DNA of 38,593 nucleotides from a virus (Duplodnaviria > Heunggongvirae > Uroviricota > Caudoviricetes): IMG/VR virus record IMGVR_UViG_2778261460_000002; one strand, 5' to 3'. Both the position numbers and the translations under genes were made by a program. Below, in pieces: positions 9,255 through 17,656 of the stretch. Under the pieces are notes generated by a model, which worked only from the letters and a program-made list of their open reading frames with translations, was not told the DNA's origin and made no database searches. Each line of letters begins with the position of its first letter. Positions within the stretch are counted from its first letter, which is position 1.

Positions 9255-9515
9255 ATGGGTAAAAAAGACAGTAATCACCAGATTATTTATCGGGGCCAGG
9301 TGCTGGAACGGTTTACCCCTGGCGGCTGGGTCTTCTTTCAACGCCCAAAGGAGTGTGGCGGAGGTTTTTAGTTGGGCCGCACCTATGAAGACTGCTTCTG
9401 GCTTGAGCTGGAATTCCCCGTTTCGCTATATGACGGCCTGGAGTTTTTGATGGAAGTCACCAGGGTAGAGCAGAGAAGTGATGAGGTTGACGCGAATTAT
9501 TCCCTGTTTGATTAA
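9255..9515 (+). pseudogene. Small ORF interrupted by an in-frame amber codon (TAG at 9369-9371); probable pseudogene
   Basis: ATG at 9255 opens 38 codons, TAG, then the same frame stays open for 47 more codons to TAA at 9513-9515. Confidence 0.3.
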
Positions 9516-9534
9516 AAATGTATTAGCTTATAAT
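9507..9534 (+). promoter_or_regulatory. Putative sigma70 promoter for the 203-aa gene (-35 TTTGAT/TTGATT, -10 TATAAT at 9529-9534)
   Basis: Perfect -10 hexamer with a plausible -35 at 15-16 bp spacing, about 30 nt upstream of the ATG at 9564. Confidence 0.4.
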
Positions 9535-9563
9535 GGAATACTATTTTTGCAGGTGGGGGCGCA

Positions 9564-10175
9564 ATGGATTTAGTCTTTAAAATTCTGGCTTCGTTGGGTG
9601 GGGTGTCTTTTGTTGCATCTGGCATATTTGTTTGGATCGGGAAAGTTTATTTAGAAAGATATAAGTCGCGGCTAAACAAAGATATTGCTGAATTTCAATC
9701 ACAACTGAGTGCAACTAATGAAAGAATAAAGGCTAAGTTAGACAATTCTGTTTATGTAACGAAAGCGTATTTTGATAAGGAGTTATCAGCATATAGTCTC
9801 ATTTGGAATTCGATGTTTGAAACCAGAGAAAGCGTGCTTAAGCTGAGGCCTGCGCTGGATCATTTTGACCCCAACGAACCATTTGAAGAGAGAAAATTTA
9901 GAAGGTTGAAAGTTTTTTTCGATGCATTTAATACTTTTGTTACAAGTGTTGAGTCTAACAAACCGTTCATCTCACCAGAGGTTTATATAATCTTGGACCG
10001 TTTCCGGAAGGAATGCCTTTCAGAGTCAATATCGTTTCAGCATGGCGATCCAGAATTTGACTGGCAAAATTATTGGAAAGAGGCAGAGTTGAACCGTACA
10101 ACCATCACCAAGCTTTTTGATGAGACGTGTGATGCAATTCGAGACAGGATGCACACATTAACTGTGGTTACGTAG
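9564..10175 (+). CDS. Single-pass membrane protein of unknown function; accessory cargo in the old/tin-equivalent position
   Basis: 203-aa ORF with N-terminal hydrophobic helix (ILASLGGVSFVASGIFVWIG) and a soluble domain with no recognisable motifs; AT-rich; own promoter and terminator. Confidence 0.6.
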   Translation: MDLVFKILASLGGVSFVASGIFVWIGKVYLERYKSRLNKDIAEFQSQLSATNERIKAKLDNSVYVTKAYFDKELSAYSLIWNSMFETRESVLKLRPALDHFDPNEPFEERKFRRLKVFFDAFNTFVTSVESNKPFISPEVYIILDRFRKECLSESISFQHGDPEFDWQNYWKEAELNRTTITKLFDETCDAIRDRMHTLTVVT

Positions 10176-10266
10176 TTTTCCAAAAAGTCTCGATGCCCGC
10201 TTTGGCGATTGTGCATGTCTATGCCGCATGAATCCGCATGATCGTTTGAGGATCGTTTTAGCTGAG

Positions 10267-10290
10267 GCCCGCTAGGAATGGCGGGCTTTT
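10267..10290 (+). terminator. Rho-independent terminator (gcccgc-loop-gcgggc-tttt)
   Basis: Perfect 6-bp GC stem with 8-nt loop followed by TTTT, about 90 nt downstream of the 203-aa gene. Confidence 0.55.
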
Positions 10291-10335
10291 GCTTATGTCA
10301 TGCAGGCGCATGAAAACCACTACATAAAGCGGGCA

Positions 10336-10354
10336 GGCGTGGCGGGGATACGAG
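10336..10354. other. Probable cos site (cohesive-end region) GGCGTGGCGGGGATACGAG
   Basis: Matches from memory the start of the P2/186 cohesive end (GGCG[A/T]GGCGGGGA...), with a GCGCGCT tract after it as in P2; lies between the replication side and the portal gene. Not verified by alignment. Confidence 0.45.
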
Positions 10355-10367
10355 CGCGCGCTCATGG

Positions 10368-10396
10368 TTGAATTAATGAAATTATGGTGTTAAATA
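10368..10396 (+). promoter_or_regulatory. Putative sigma70 promoter for the 232-aa gene: -35 TTGAAT (10368-10373), 17-bp spacer, extended -10 TGtTAAATA (10388-10396)
   Basis: Read directly from the sequence; about 70 nt upstream of the ATG at 10465, which has a GGGAGGAG RBS. Confidence 0.45.
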
Positions 10397-10464
10397 GGCT
10401 AGCTTTTTAAGTCGTGAATATTCAATTTTTCAACTCATTTTTTTCATAGGGAGGAGTAATTGAC

Positions 10465-11163
10465 ATGGTTATGTTAGTGGATGACTGTCCACGATGTGGA
10501 TCACAAAAAATAGCGTTTGATGTTAATGGGCTGAATTGCACTAGGGTTTACAATGCATTGGGCGGGGGTAAAACATACGAGTACGAGGTCTATTGTGTTT
10601 GCCGAGAGTGTCATAAAACGACAATGTTTCTTTGCAGACCTTTAACGAAAAATAAAACTTTAGATGGCTATAATTGGAAAAGTGGAATATTCGGCTTAAA
10701 GGAAGTTGCAGAGGTTGTTAGGCCTATATCACCGGCAGACTTAGCAGTAGAGGAGCCACCAGAGTTCTTACCTGAGCATATCAATAGTGCATATGAGGAA
10801 GGGGCGAAATGTTTGGCTATAGGTTGTTATAATGCAGCAGCAACCATGTTTAGGCTTTGCCTTGATTATGCCACAAAAGGACTTCTTCCTGATGGGGAGC
10901 AAGGGCCTGCGCAAAAAATAAGGAGAAGCCTAGGGTTAAGAATGGAGTGGTTATTTGATAATCATCTACTGCCTGAAGCTTTAAGGGAACTAGCTGAATG
11001 CGTTAAAGATGACGGAAATGATGGAGCGCATGAAGGTATTTTGGATAAAGCTGCTGCTGAGGATCTTGAAGATTTTACCTATCTTTTTTTAGAACGGCTT
11101 TACACTGAACCTCAACGCCTTATCGAAGCCAAGACAAGGCGTGAACAAAGAAGAAACAAATAA
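10465..11163 (+). CDS. Zinc-ribbon protein with DUF4145/HEPN-like C-terminal domain; accessory cargo between cos and the portal gene
   Basis: 232-aa ORF; N-terminal CPRC-x35-CRECH Cys cluster; C-terminal helical region with GNDGAHEG resembling the RN..AHG motif of DUF4145 as recalled (arginine replaced). AT-rich, own promoter. Confidence 0.55.
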   Translation: MVMLVDDCPRCGSQKIAFDVNGLNCTRVYNALGGGKTYEYEVYCVCRECHKTTMFLCRPLTKNKTLDGYNWKSGIFGLKEVAEVVRPISPADLAVEEPPEFLPEHINSAYEEGAKCLAIGCYNAAATMFRLCLDYATKGLLPDGEQGPAQKIRRSLGLRMEWLFDNHLLPEALRELAECVKDDGNDGAHEGILDKAAAEDLEDFTYLFLERLYTEPQRLIEAKTRREQRRNK

Positions 11164-11171
11164 GTTCGGAA

Positions 11172-12209
11172 TTATTCTTCTGAAAGAATATAGGGCGTAA
11201 ATTTAATCACTTCTTCGCCCAGCCAGTCGTTCAGCTCTTGTAGCCTTTTTTGCAAGGGCGTTAATTCATTACGTACAAATACGCGACTGGCCTTCTCCAC
11301 ATCCCCAAATCCCCCAACATTATTAGGCATTATCCCCATCATTTGTGGCGGTACACGGTGCGCAGCCATCATGTCATCGCGGCTGACATTTTTGATATTC
11401 AGAAACTCATCCTTCGCCGCGACTTCTGACAGAGGAATGATCTGAAGGCCGTCCTTTTTGCCGTTCGGCGAGTACATAAACAGGTTACGGAAATTGCCAG
11501 GTCCTTTGGCGCTTTTCATCGCATTACGGAGGTTGTTTACATCCTCCTGGTTCTGCGCGGCGTCGGTCATGTACATGATGAAGCCTGCGTGGCTGCCGTT
11601 AATGTAATACTTGCGGCGGAACAGCGTGGCGGACTCGTTGAGTAGGGCTGACGGAATGGCAGAAAGATAACCGGGCAGGCCGTAGATCTCCTGGTTGATA
11701 TCCGGTTCCATCAGGTGAAAAATGCTGCCTTTCGTGAACTGATACGGTTGCGTGGTCATGCCGTATTGCACAAACCAGTAGGTATCCAGGTCTAATCCGC
11801 GTCGGGTGTATTTTGCCAGGGCAGGTTCAAGGGCGATAACTTCACCGAAGCGGTTCGTGCGTTTCTCCAGGTAGGCGTTACCAAAAACCAGATAGTCCTG
11901 CACAAAACGCGAAAAAGCCTGCTGGCTGAGCAGCGGGTGAGGGATGTAGGTGCTGGTCAGAATGTTGCACTTTACTGCAATCGGGGAACTATGATGCACG
12001 GCAGCGCGGAAGGTGCGCGCCAGTCCGTCAAAGCTGACGGGCGGCTCATACCAGCGGTCCATCTGTACGCATTCCACATAATCCAGCAGTTCTCGGCGGT
12101 CCAGAACAGGAACGGGATCGCCGAAGCTGAATGCTTCGGCTGTAGTTTGACTTTTAAGCTGGATCTGTTTCGTCGCCGCAGCGCGGTTCTTCTTACTCTT
12201 TCCCATCAA
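11172..12209 (-). CDS. Portal protein (P2 gpQ-like)
   Basis: 345-aa ORF adjacent to and overlapping the terminase gene start; first gene after cos as in P2. Confidence 0.8.
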   Translation of the reverse strand: MMGKSKKNRAAATKQIQLKSQTTAEAFSFGDPVPVLDRRELLDYVECVQMDRWYEPPVSFDGLARTFRAAVHHSSPIAVKCNILTSTYIPHPLLSQQAFSRFVQDYLVFGNAYLEKRTNRFGEVIALEPALAKYTRRGLDLDTYWFVQYGMTTQPYQFTKGSIFHLMEPDINQEIYGLPGYLSAIPSALLNESATLFRRKYYINGSHAGFIMYMTDAAQNQEDVNNLRNAMKSAKGPGNFRNLFMYSPNGKKDGLQIIPLSEVAAKDEFLNIKNVSRDDMMAAHRVPPQMMGIMPNNVGGFGDVEKASRVFVRNELTPLQKRLQELNDWLGEEVIKFTPYILSEE

Positions 12210-13972
12210 AAAATCTCCACAATATTGCTGGTATTGGCGGATTCGCCCTGCAGCGGTTCGTTAAACAGTGCGTGCATTGTTGCCCAGGCCAGATCGGCAT
12301 GGCTGGCTTCTTCGCTGCGGCTGGCTTCATAGGTTGGGCGGTTGCCGCTGGCGGTGGTGGCGCGACGGATTGCCATAAATGACTGCGCTATGTCGGTGTG
12401 TCCGGCGTCAAACTCCAGACGACGGTGACTGATAATGTCGTAGGCCTTGAGTACCAGGGCGTTTTTAACGTTGGGGTTGTAGACAAACTCCCGGACGGCT
12501 GGAAAAAACGCTTTCACGTTCTCGTAAACCCCGTGGCCGACACCTGTCGAGTCGATGCCGATGTAGGTCACGTTGTACTGTTCGGTCAGTTTTTTGATGG
12601 CGTCAGCCTGGGCGCGAAAGTCCATTCCGCGCCACTGGTGACGCTCAAGAATGCGGAACTTGCCGCCCGGCACGGCTGGCGGTGCCACCACCACGCATCC
12701 GGCGCTGTCGCCATTCTGCGTACCTTTCGCCGGGTCATAACCGATCCATACTTCGCGCCAGCCAAACGGGCGCAGGGCCAGTGCATGAAAGTCAGTCCAG
12801 ACTTCCCAGCTGTCTACCATGCACGCCTGCAGCTCGCTGAGCGGGAACACGGACGCGAGATCGTCCACAAACTCGCACATCAGCAGGTTCTGGTATTCGT
12901 CCGGACTGTACTCCATGCGCAACTGGTCAAGGTCGAACAGGTTACAGCCGCCGCGCACCGCATCTTCCACGGTGACTATCTGGCGGTATTGCCCGTCTGC
13001 GCACAGCAGGCCGGGGGCCAGATTGCTGTGGGACAGGTCGATGTCCACCTTATCGGCTTTGTTGCGCCCACGGTTGAACAGCGCACCGGACCAGAACGGA
13101 TAAGCACTGTGTGTCAGGCTGGATGGCGTGGAAAAATAGGTTTGTCGCCATTTTTTGTGAATAGCCATACCGGAAGCCACTTTGCGCAGCTCCTGGAATT
13201 TCGGTATCCAGAAATATTCATCCAGATACAGGTTGCCGTGGTAACTCTGGGCCGTGCGGGCATTGGTGCCGAGGAAGTAAAGCGTGGCCCCGTTGGGAAG
13301 CACCATCGGATCGCCTTTCAGCTCCACCTCCACTTCTTTGGCGAAGTCGATGATGTACTGCTTAAAGACGTGGGCCTGTGCCTTACTGGCAGAAAGGAAA
13401 ATCTGGTTACGTCCGGTAAGCAGGGCGTCAATCAGGGCTTCACGGGCAAAATAGAAGGTCGCGCCGATCTGGCGTGACTTCAGCAGGTTGCGGATGCGGT
13501 TGGTTTTTCCGGCTTCCCACCAGTGGCGCTGGTAGTTGAACATGGAGGAATGGAAAATTTCTTCCAGCTTCTCAATCTGTTCATCGGTGAAAACATTCTT
13601 TTCAGGCTGACGGCGTGGGCCTTTGTTGCGGTTGGCGACGTTAGGGTTTAAGTCAGCTTCGTTGCCGCCATTGTTAAACTTGCCGATCCGCGCGTGGCGC
13701 TCCGACTGGCGCGCCAGCAGGTCAATCTCTTTGAAATCTTTCCCTTCTTTGTGCTCCTTCATGATGAGCTGGCAGTAGCGTGCGGCGGTGGTGAGCTGCA
13801 TCTGATCCAGCGGCCCATAGTCACCCCACTTGTCGCGTTTTTTCCAGCTGTGAACGGTTGCAACTTTCTCGCCCAGCATTTCAGCAATGCGGGCTACGCG
13901 GTATCCCTGAAAGTACAGCAGCATGGCCTGCCGACGGGGATCGAGATCTGCGGGTGTCAGTGTGGTGTTCAT
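12206..13972 (-). CDS. Terminase large (ATPase) subunit (P2 gpP-like)
   Basis: 588-aa ORF, same strand as portal, divergent from the capsid operon. Confidence 0.8.
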   Translation of the reverse strand: MNTTLTPADLDPRRQAMLLYFQGYRVARIAEMLGEKVATVHSWKKRDKWGDYGPLDQMQLTTAARYCQLIMKEHKEGKDFKEIDLLARQSERHARIGKFNNGGNEADLNPNVANRNKGPRRQPEKNVFTDEQIEKLEEIFHSSMFNYQRHWWEAGKTNRIRNLLKSRQIGATFYFAREALIDALLTGRNQIFLSASKAQAHVFKQYIIDFAKEVEVELKGDPMVLPNGATLYFLGTNARTAQSYHGNLYLDEYFWIPKFQELRKVASGMAIHKKWRQTYFSTPSSLTHSAYPFWSGALFNRGRNKADKVDIDLSHSNLAPGLLCADGQYRQIVTVEDAVRGGCNLFDLDQLRMEYSPDEYQNLLMCEFVDDLASVFPLSELQACMVDSWEVWTDFHALALRPFGWREVWIGYDPAKGTQNGDSAGCVVVAPPAVPGGKFRILERHQWRGMDFRAQADAIKKLTEQYNVTYIGIDSTGVGHGVYENVKAFFPAVREFVYNPNVKNALVLKAYDIISHRRLEFDAGHTDIAQSFMAIRRATTASGNRPTYEASRSEEASHADLAWATMHALFNEPLQGESANTSNIVEIF

Positions 13973-14018
13973 GGCACAAACCTACAACCTTGAATGAAGG
14001 CTTTCCCCGCCTGCGGTT

Positions 14019-14036
14019 TGTGTGGTTGTCGGTACA
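14019..14036. promoter_or_regulatory. P2-type late promoter activator site TGT-N12-ACA in the P/O divergent region
   Basis: TGT gtggttgtcggt ACA; centre about 55-60 nt upstream of a plausible start site for O (ATG 14115). Confidence 0.5.
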
Positions 14037-14114
14037 AATACCGCGCATTGTTTCACTGCCCCCATCACCGCAACCATAAGGCTCCAGTAAGTTTTTTCTA
14101 ACGGAGCACGGCTC

Positions 14115-14948
14115 ATGACAGTGAAAGCAAAGCGTTTTCGCATCGGGGTGGAAGGTGCCACCACCGACGGACGCGAAATCCAGCGTGAATGGCTGGAACA
14201 GATGGCAGCCAGCTACAACCCGGCGGTGTATACCGCGCTGATTAACCTTGAGCACATCAAGTCTTATCTGCCGGACAGCACCTTTAACCGCTACGGTAAG
14301 GTGACGGCGCTGTTTGCTGAAGAAATCACGGAAGGTCCGCTGGCAGGCAAGATGGCGCTGTATGCCGACGTTGAGCCAACGGAGTCCCTGGTGGAACTGG
14401 TGAAAAAAGGCCAGAAATTATTCACCTCTATGGAAGTCAGCCCGAAGTTTGCTGATACGGGCAAAGCCTACCTGGTCGGCCTGGCAGCCACTGATGACCC
14501 TGCCAGTCTGGGCACTGAAATGCTGACATTCAGCGCCAGTGCAGCCCATAACCCGCTGGCAAACCGCAAGCAGAATCCCGCCAATCTCTTTACAGCCGCA
14601 GAGGAAACGGTGATCGAACTGGAAGAAATCCAGGAGGACAAGCCGTCCCTGTTTGCCCGTGTCACGGCGCTGTTCACCAAAAAAGAGCAGTCCGATGACG
14701 CCCGGTTCTCTGATGTGCATAAGGCCGTGGAACTGGTCGCCACTGAGCAGCAGAACCTGAGTGCGCGCACCGAAAAATCCCTGTCTGAGCAGGAAGAGCG
14801 CCTGTCTGAGCTGGAGACAGCCCTGCAGGCACAGCAGACCGCCTTTAACGAACTGGTGGACAAGCTGAGCCAAGAAGACAGCCGCCAGGACTACCGCCAG
14901 CGTGCAACAGGCGGTAACGCCCCCGCTGACACTCTGACCAATTGCTGA
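14115..14948 (+). CDS. Capsid scaffolding protein (P2 gpO-like)
   Basis: 277-aa ORF, first gene of the rightward late operon, immediately before the major capsid gene. Confidence 0.75.
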   Translation: MTVKAKRFRIGVEGATTDGREIQREWLEQMAASYNPAVYTALINLEHIKSYLPDSTFNRYGKVTALFAEEITEGPLAGKMALYADVEPTESLVELVKKGQKLFTSMEVSPKFADTGKAYLVGLAATDDPASLGTEMLTFSASAAHNPLANRKQNPANLFTAAEETVIELEEIQEDKPSLFARVTALFTKKEQSDDARFSDVHKAVELVATEQQNLSARTEKSLSEQEERLSELETALQAQQTAFNELVDKLSQEDSRQDYRQRATGGNAPADTLTNC

Positions 14949-14964
14949 TGGAGCACAAAACCTG

Positions 14965-16020
14965 ATGAAGAAGAATACCCGCTTTGCTTTTAACGCTTAC
15001 CTGCAGCAACTGGCGCGTCTGAACGGTGTGGCAGTTGAAGAACTGTCCAGCAAGTTCACCGTAGAGCCGTCCGTGCAGCAGACATTGGAAGACCAGATCC
15101 AGCAGTCCGCCGCTTTCCTGACGCTGATTAACGTCACGCCAGTGACTGAGCAGTCCGGTCAGCTGCTGGGGTTGGGAGTTGGCAGCACCATTGCCGGAAC
15201 CACTGATACCACCGCGAAAGAGCGTGAACCTGTCGATCCGACGCTGATGGTCGATGTGGAATATAAATGCGAGCAGACCAACTTTGACACGGTGCTGACC
15301 TACGCGAAGCTGGACCTGTGGGCGAAGTTTCAGTATTTTCAGGTGCGTATCCGTGACGCCATCGTGAAACGTCAGGCACTGGACCGCATCATGATCGGCT
15401 TTAACGGCGTGAAGCGTGCGAAAACCTCCAACCGTAGCGAAAACCCGCTGCTGCAGGATGTGAATAAAGGCTGGCTGCAGAAAATCCGTGAGGATGCACC
15501 GGATCACGTCATGGGCAGCACCACCACGGGCGGTGAAACCACACCGGGCGCGGTGAAAGTCGGTAAAGGTGGCGAATATGCCAACCTGGACGCCGTGGTG
15601 ATGGATGCCGTTAATGAGCTTATCGACGTGGTCTACCAGGACGATGACGATCTGGTGGTGATTTGCGGTCGTGAACTGTTGTCTGATAAGTATTTCCCGC
15701 TGGTCAACAAAGAGCAGGAAAACAGTGAAAAACTGGCTGCCGATATGATCATCAGCCAGAAACGCATGGGTGGCCTGCAGGCCGTGCGTGCGCCGTTCTT
15801 CCCGCCGAATGCGCTGCTGATCACCCGTCTGGATAACCTGTCCATCTACTGGCAGGAAGACACCCGCCGCCGTTCAGTTATCGACAACCCGAAACGTGAC
15901 CGGATTGAAAACTTTGAATCCGTTAACGAAGCCTATGTGGTTGAGGACTACCGCTGCGCAGCACTGGTGGAAAACATCCAGATTGGCGACTTCAGCACCG
16001 CCGCAGAAGCCGGAGCATAA
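14965..16020 (+). CDS. Major capsid protein (P2 gpN-like)
   Basis: 351-aa ORF after the scaffold gene. Confidence 0.8.
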   Translation: MKKNTRFAFNAYLQQLARLNGVAVEELSSKFTVEPSVQQTLEDQIQQSAAFLTLINVTPVTEQSGQLLGLGVGSTIAGTTDTTAKEREPVDPTLMVDVEYKCEQTNFDTVLTYAKLDLWAKFQYFQVRIRDAIVKRQALDRIMIGFNGVKRAKTSNRSENPLLQDVNKGWLQKIREDAPDHVMGSTTTGGETTPGAVKVGKGGEYANLDAVVMDAVNELIDVVYQDDDDLVVICGRELLSDKYFPLVNKEQENSEKLAADMIISQKRMGGLQAVRAPFFPPNALLITRLDNLSIYWQEDTRRRSVIDNPKRDRIENFESVNEAYVVEDYRCAALVENIQIGDFSTAAEAGA

Positions 16021-16023
16021 ACC

Positions 16024-16674
16024 ATGAGCCTGAGTCCCGCACGGCAGCATCGCCTGCGCGTTCAGGCTGAACAGGCCGCCCGCGAGGGCGGCAGTGTTCG
16101 CCACGCGTCGGGCTATGACCTGATGCTGCTGCAACTGGCGGAAGACCGCCGCCGTCTCAAGGGCGTTCAGTCCACGGTCAAAAAAGCGGAAATCAAAGTG
16201 GAGCTGCTGCCGAAGTACGCCGCCTGGGCGGAGGGTGTCCTGGCTGCCGGAGGCGCACAGCAGGATGACGTGCTGATGTACGTGATGCTGTGGCGCATTG
16301 ATGCCGGAGATTATGCCGGGGCGCTGGAGATCGGGCGTCATGCCCTGCGTCATGGCTGGGTGATGCCGCTGGGTAACCGCAACGTGCAGACCGTGCTGGC
16401 AGAGGAAATGGCAGACGCAGCGCAGAGCGCAATGCTTGCCGCCATCGGCTTTGATGCTGATCTGTTGCTGCAGACGCTGGAACTGACAGACGATCTGGAT
16501 ATGCCGGACCAGTCACGGGCGCGTCTGCATAAAGCGATTGGCGCAGTCCTGAGTGAAAGCAATCCGGCTTTCGCCCTTAATCATCTCAACCATGCGTTAC
16601 AGCTCGATCCCCGCTGTGGCGTGAAAAAAGACAAACAGCAGCTGGAGCGCAGACTGCGCAATGACAGCCGCTGA
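16024..16674 (+). CDS. Terminase small (endonuclease) subunit (P2 gpM-like)
   Basis: 216-aa ORF after the capsid gene, as in P2. Confidence 0.7.
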   Translation: MSLSPARQHRLRVQAEQAAREGGSVRHASGYDLMLLQLAEDRRRLKGVQSTVKKAEIKVELLPKYAAWAEGVLAAGGAQQDDVLMYVMLWRIDAGDYAGALEIGRHALRHGWVMPLGNRNVQTVLAEEMADAAQSAMLAAIGFDADLLLQTLELTDDLDMPDQSRARLHKAIGAVLSESNPAFALNHLNHALQLDPRCGVKKDKQQLERRLRNDSR

Positions 16675-16769
16675 CAGAACGTGCCCCCGCGCACGAGCGG
16701 CACGGGGTGGCGAAAGGCTCTGCCACATCAAAACCCCGTCCACCGCCCTTTATTTCAGGAGAAAGCAGC

Positions 16770-17234
16770 ATGAAGTTTGTTGCGCCAGAACAGGCACCGG
16801 AACAGGCGGAAATCATCAGAAATACGCCGTTCTGGCCTGATGTGGACCTGTCGGAGTTTCGCAGTGTGATGCGCACTGACGGCACGGTGACGCAGCCGCG
16901 TTTAAAGCAGGTTGCGCTATCGGCAATTTCGGAGGTCAACGCAGAGCTGTATGAGTTTCGCAGACGTCAGCAGATGCTGGGGTATGCGTCGCTGGCTGAG
17001 GTTCCGGCGGAACAGTTGGACGGCAAAAGTGAGCGCATTCAGCACTATTTCAACGCGGTTTACTGCTGGGCACGCGCCATGCTCAACGAGCGTTATCAGG
17101 ACTATGACGCCACGGCGTCCGGTGTGAAGCGAGGCGAGGAACTGGCGGAAGCAAGCGGTGATTTGTGGCGTGACGCCCGCTGGGCCATCAGCCGGGTGCA
17201 GGATGCGCCGCACTGCACAGTGGAGCTTATCTGA
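16770..17234 (+). CDS. Head completion/stabilisation protein (P2 gpL-like)
   Basis: 154-aa product from ATG 16770 (MKFVAPEQAP...). Confidence 0.7.
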   Translation: MKFVAPEQAPEQAEIIRNTPFWPDVDLSEFRSVMRTDGTVTQPRLKQVALSAISEVNAELYEFRRRQQMLGYASLAEVPAEQLDGKSERIQHYFNAVYCWARAMLNERYQDYDATASGVKRGEELAEASGDLWRDARWAISRVQDAPHCTVELI

Positions 17235-17437
17235 TGAAAGTGCGTGCGCATCAGTATGACACGGTGGACGCGCTTTGCTGGCGTCATTACGGGCGCACGC
17301 AGGGTGTCACGGAGCAGGTACTGAAGGCAAATCCGGGGCTTGCCGAATACGGCCCCTTTTTACCTCACGGGCTGCAGGTGGAGCTGCCGGACATTCCGGC
17401 AACCACCACCGTGCAGACCGTCCAGCTATGGGACTGA
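17234..17437 (+). CDS. Tail protein X (P2 gpX-like)
   Basis: 67-aa ORF before the lysis genes. Confidence 0.65.
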   Translation: MKVRAHQYDTVDALCWRHYGRTQGVTEQVLKANPGLAEYGPFLPHGLQVELPDIPATTTVQTVQLWD

Positions 17438-17440
17438 ATT

Positions 17441-17656
17441 ATGACGCTTGAGCGAATCAGCGCCTTTATCACGTATTGCATCGCCGTCGTGCTGGCCTGG
17501 CTGGGCGATTTGTCCATCAAGGATATCTCAACGCTGGGCGGCCTGATGATTGGTGTGCTGATGCTGGCTATCAACTGGTACTACAAACACAAAGCCTACC
17601 AGCTTCTGCGCGACGGGCAGATCTCGCGGGAGGACTATGAATCCATCAGTCGTTAA
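17441..17656 (+). CDS. Holin
   Basis: 71 aa with two hydrophobic helices and a charged C-terminus; immediately upstream of the endolysin. Confidence 0.65.
   Translation: MTLERISAFITYCIAVVLAWLGDLSIKDISTLGGLMIGVLMLAINWYYKHKAYQLLRDGQISREDYESISR

Noticed and set aside
12398-13477. 359-aa plus-strand ORF
   Set aside because: Lies entirely antisense within the terminase large-subunit gene; typical GC-rich shadow frame with no start context; the minus-strand terminase frame is the real gene.
14845-15507. 220-aa minus-strand ORF, with further minus-strand ORFs at 14418-14873
   Set aside because: Antisense to the scaffold and major capsid genes; no independent signals.
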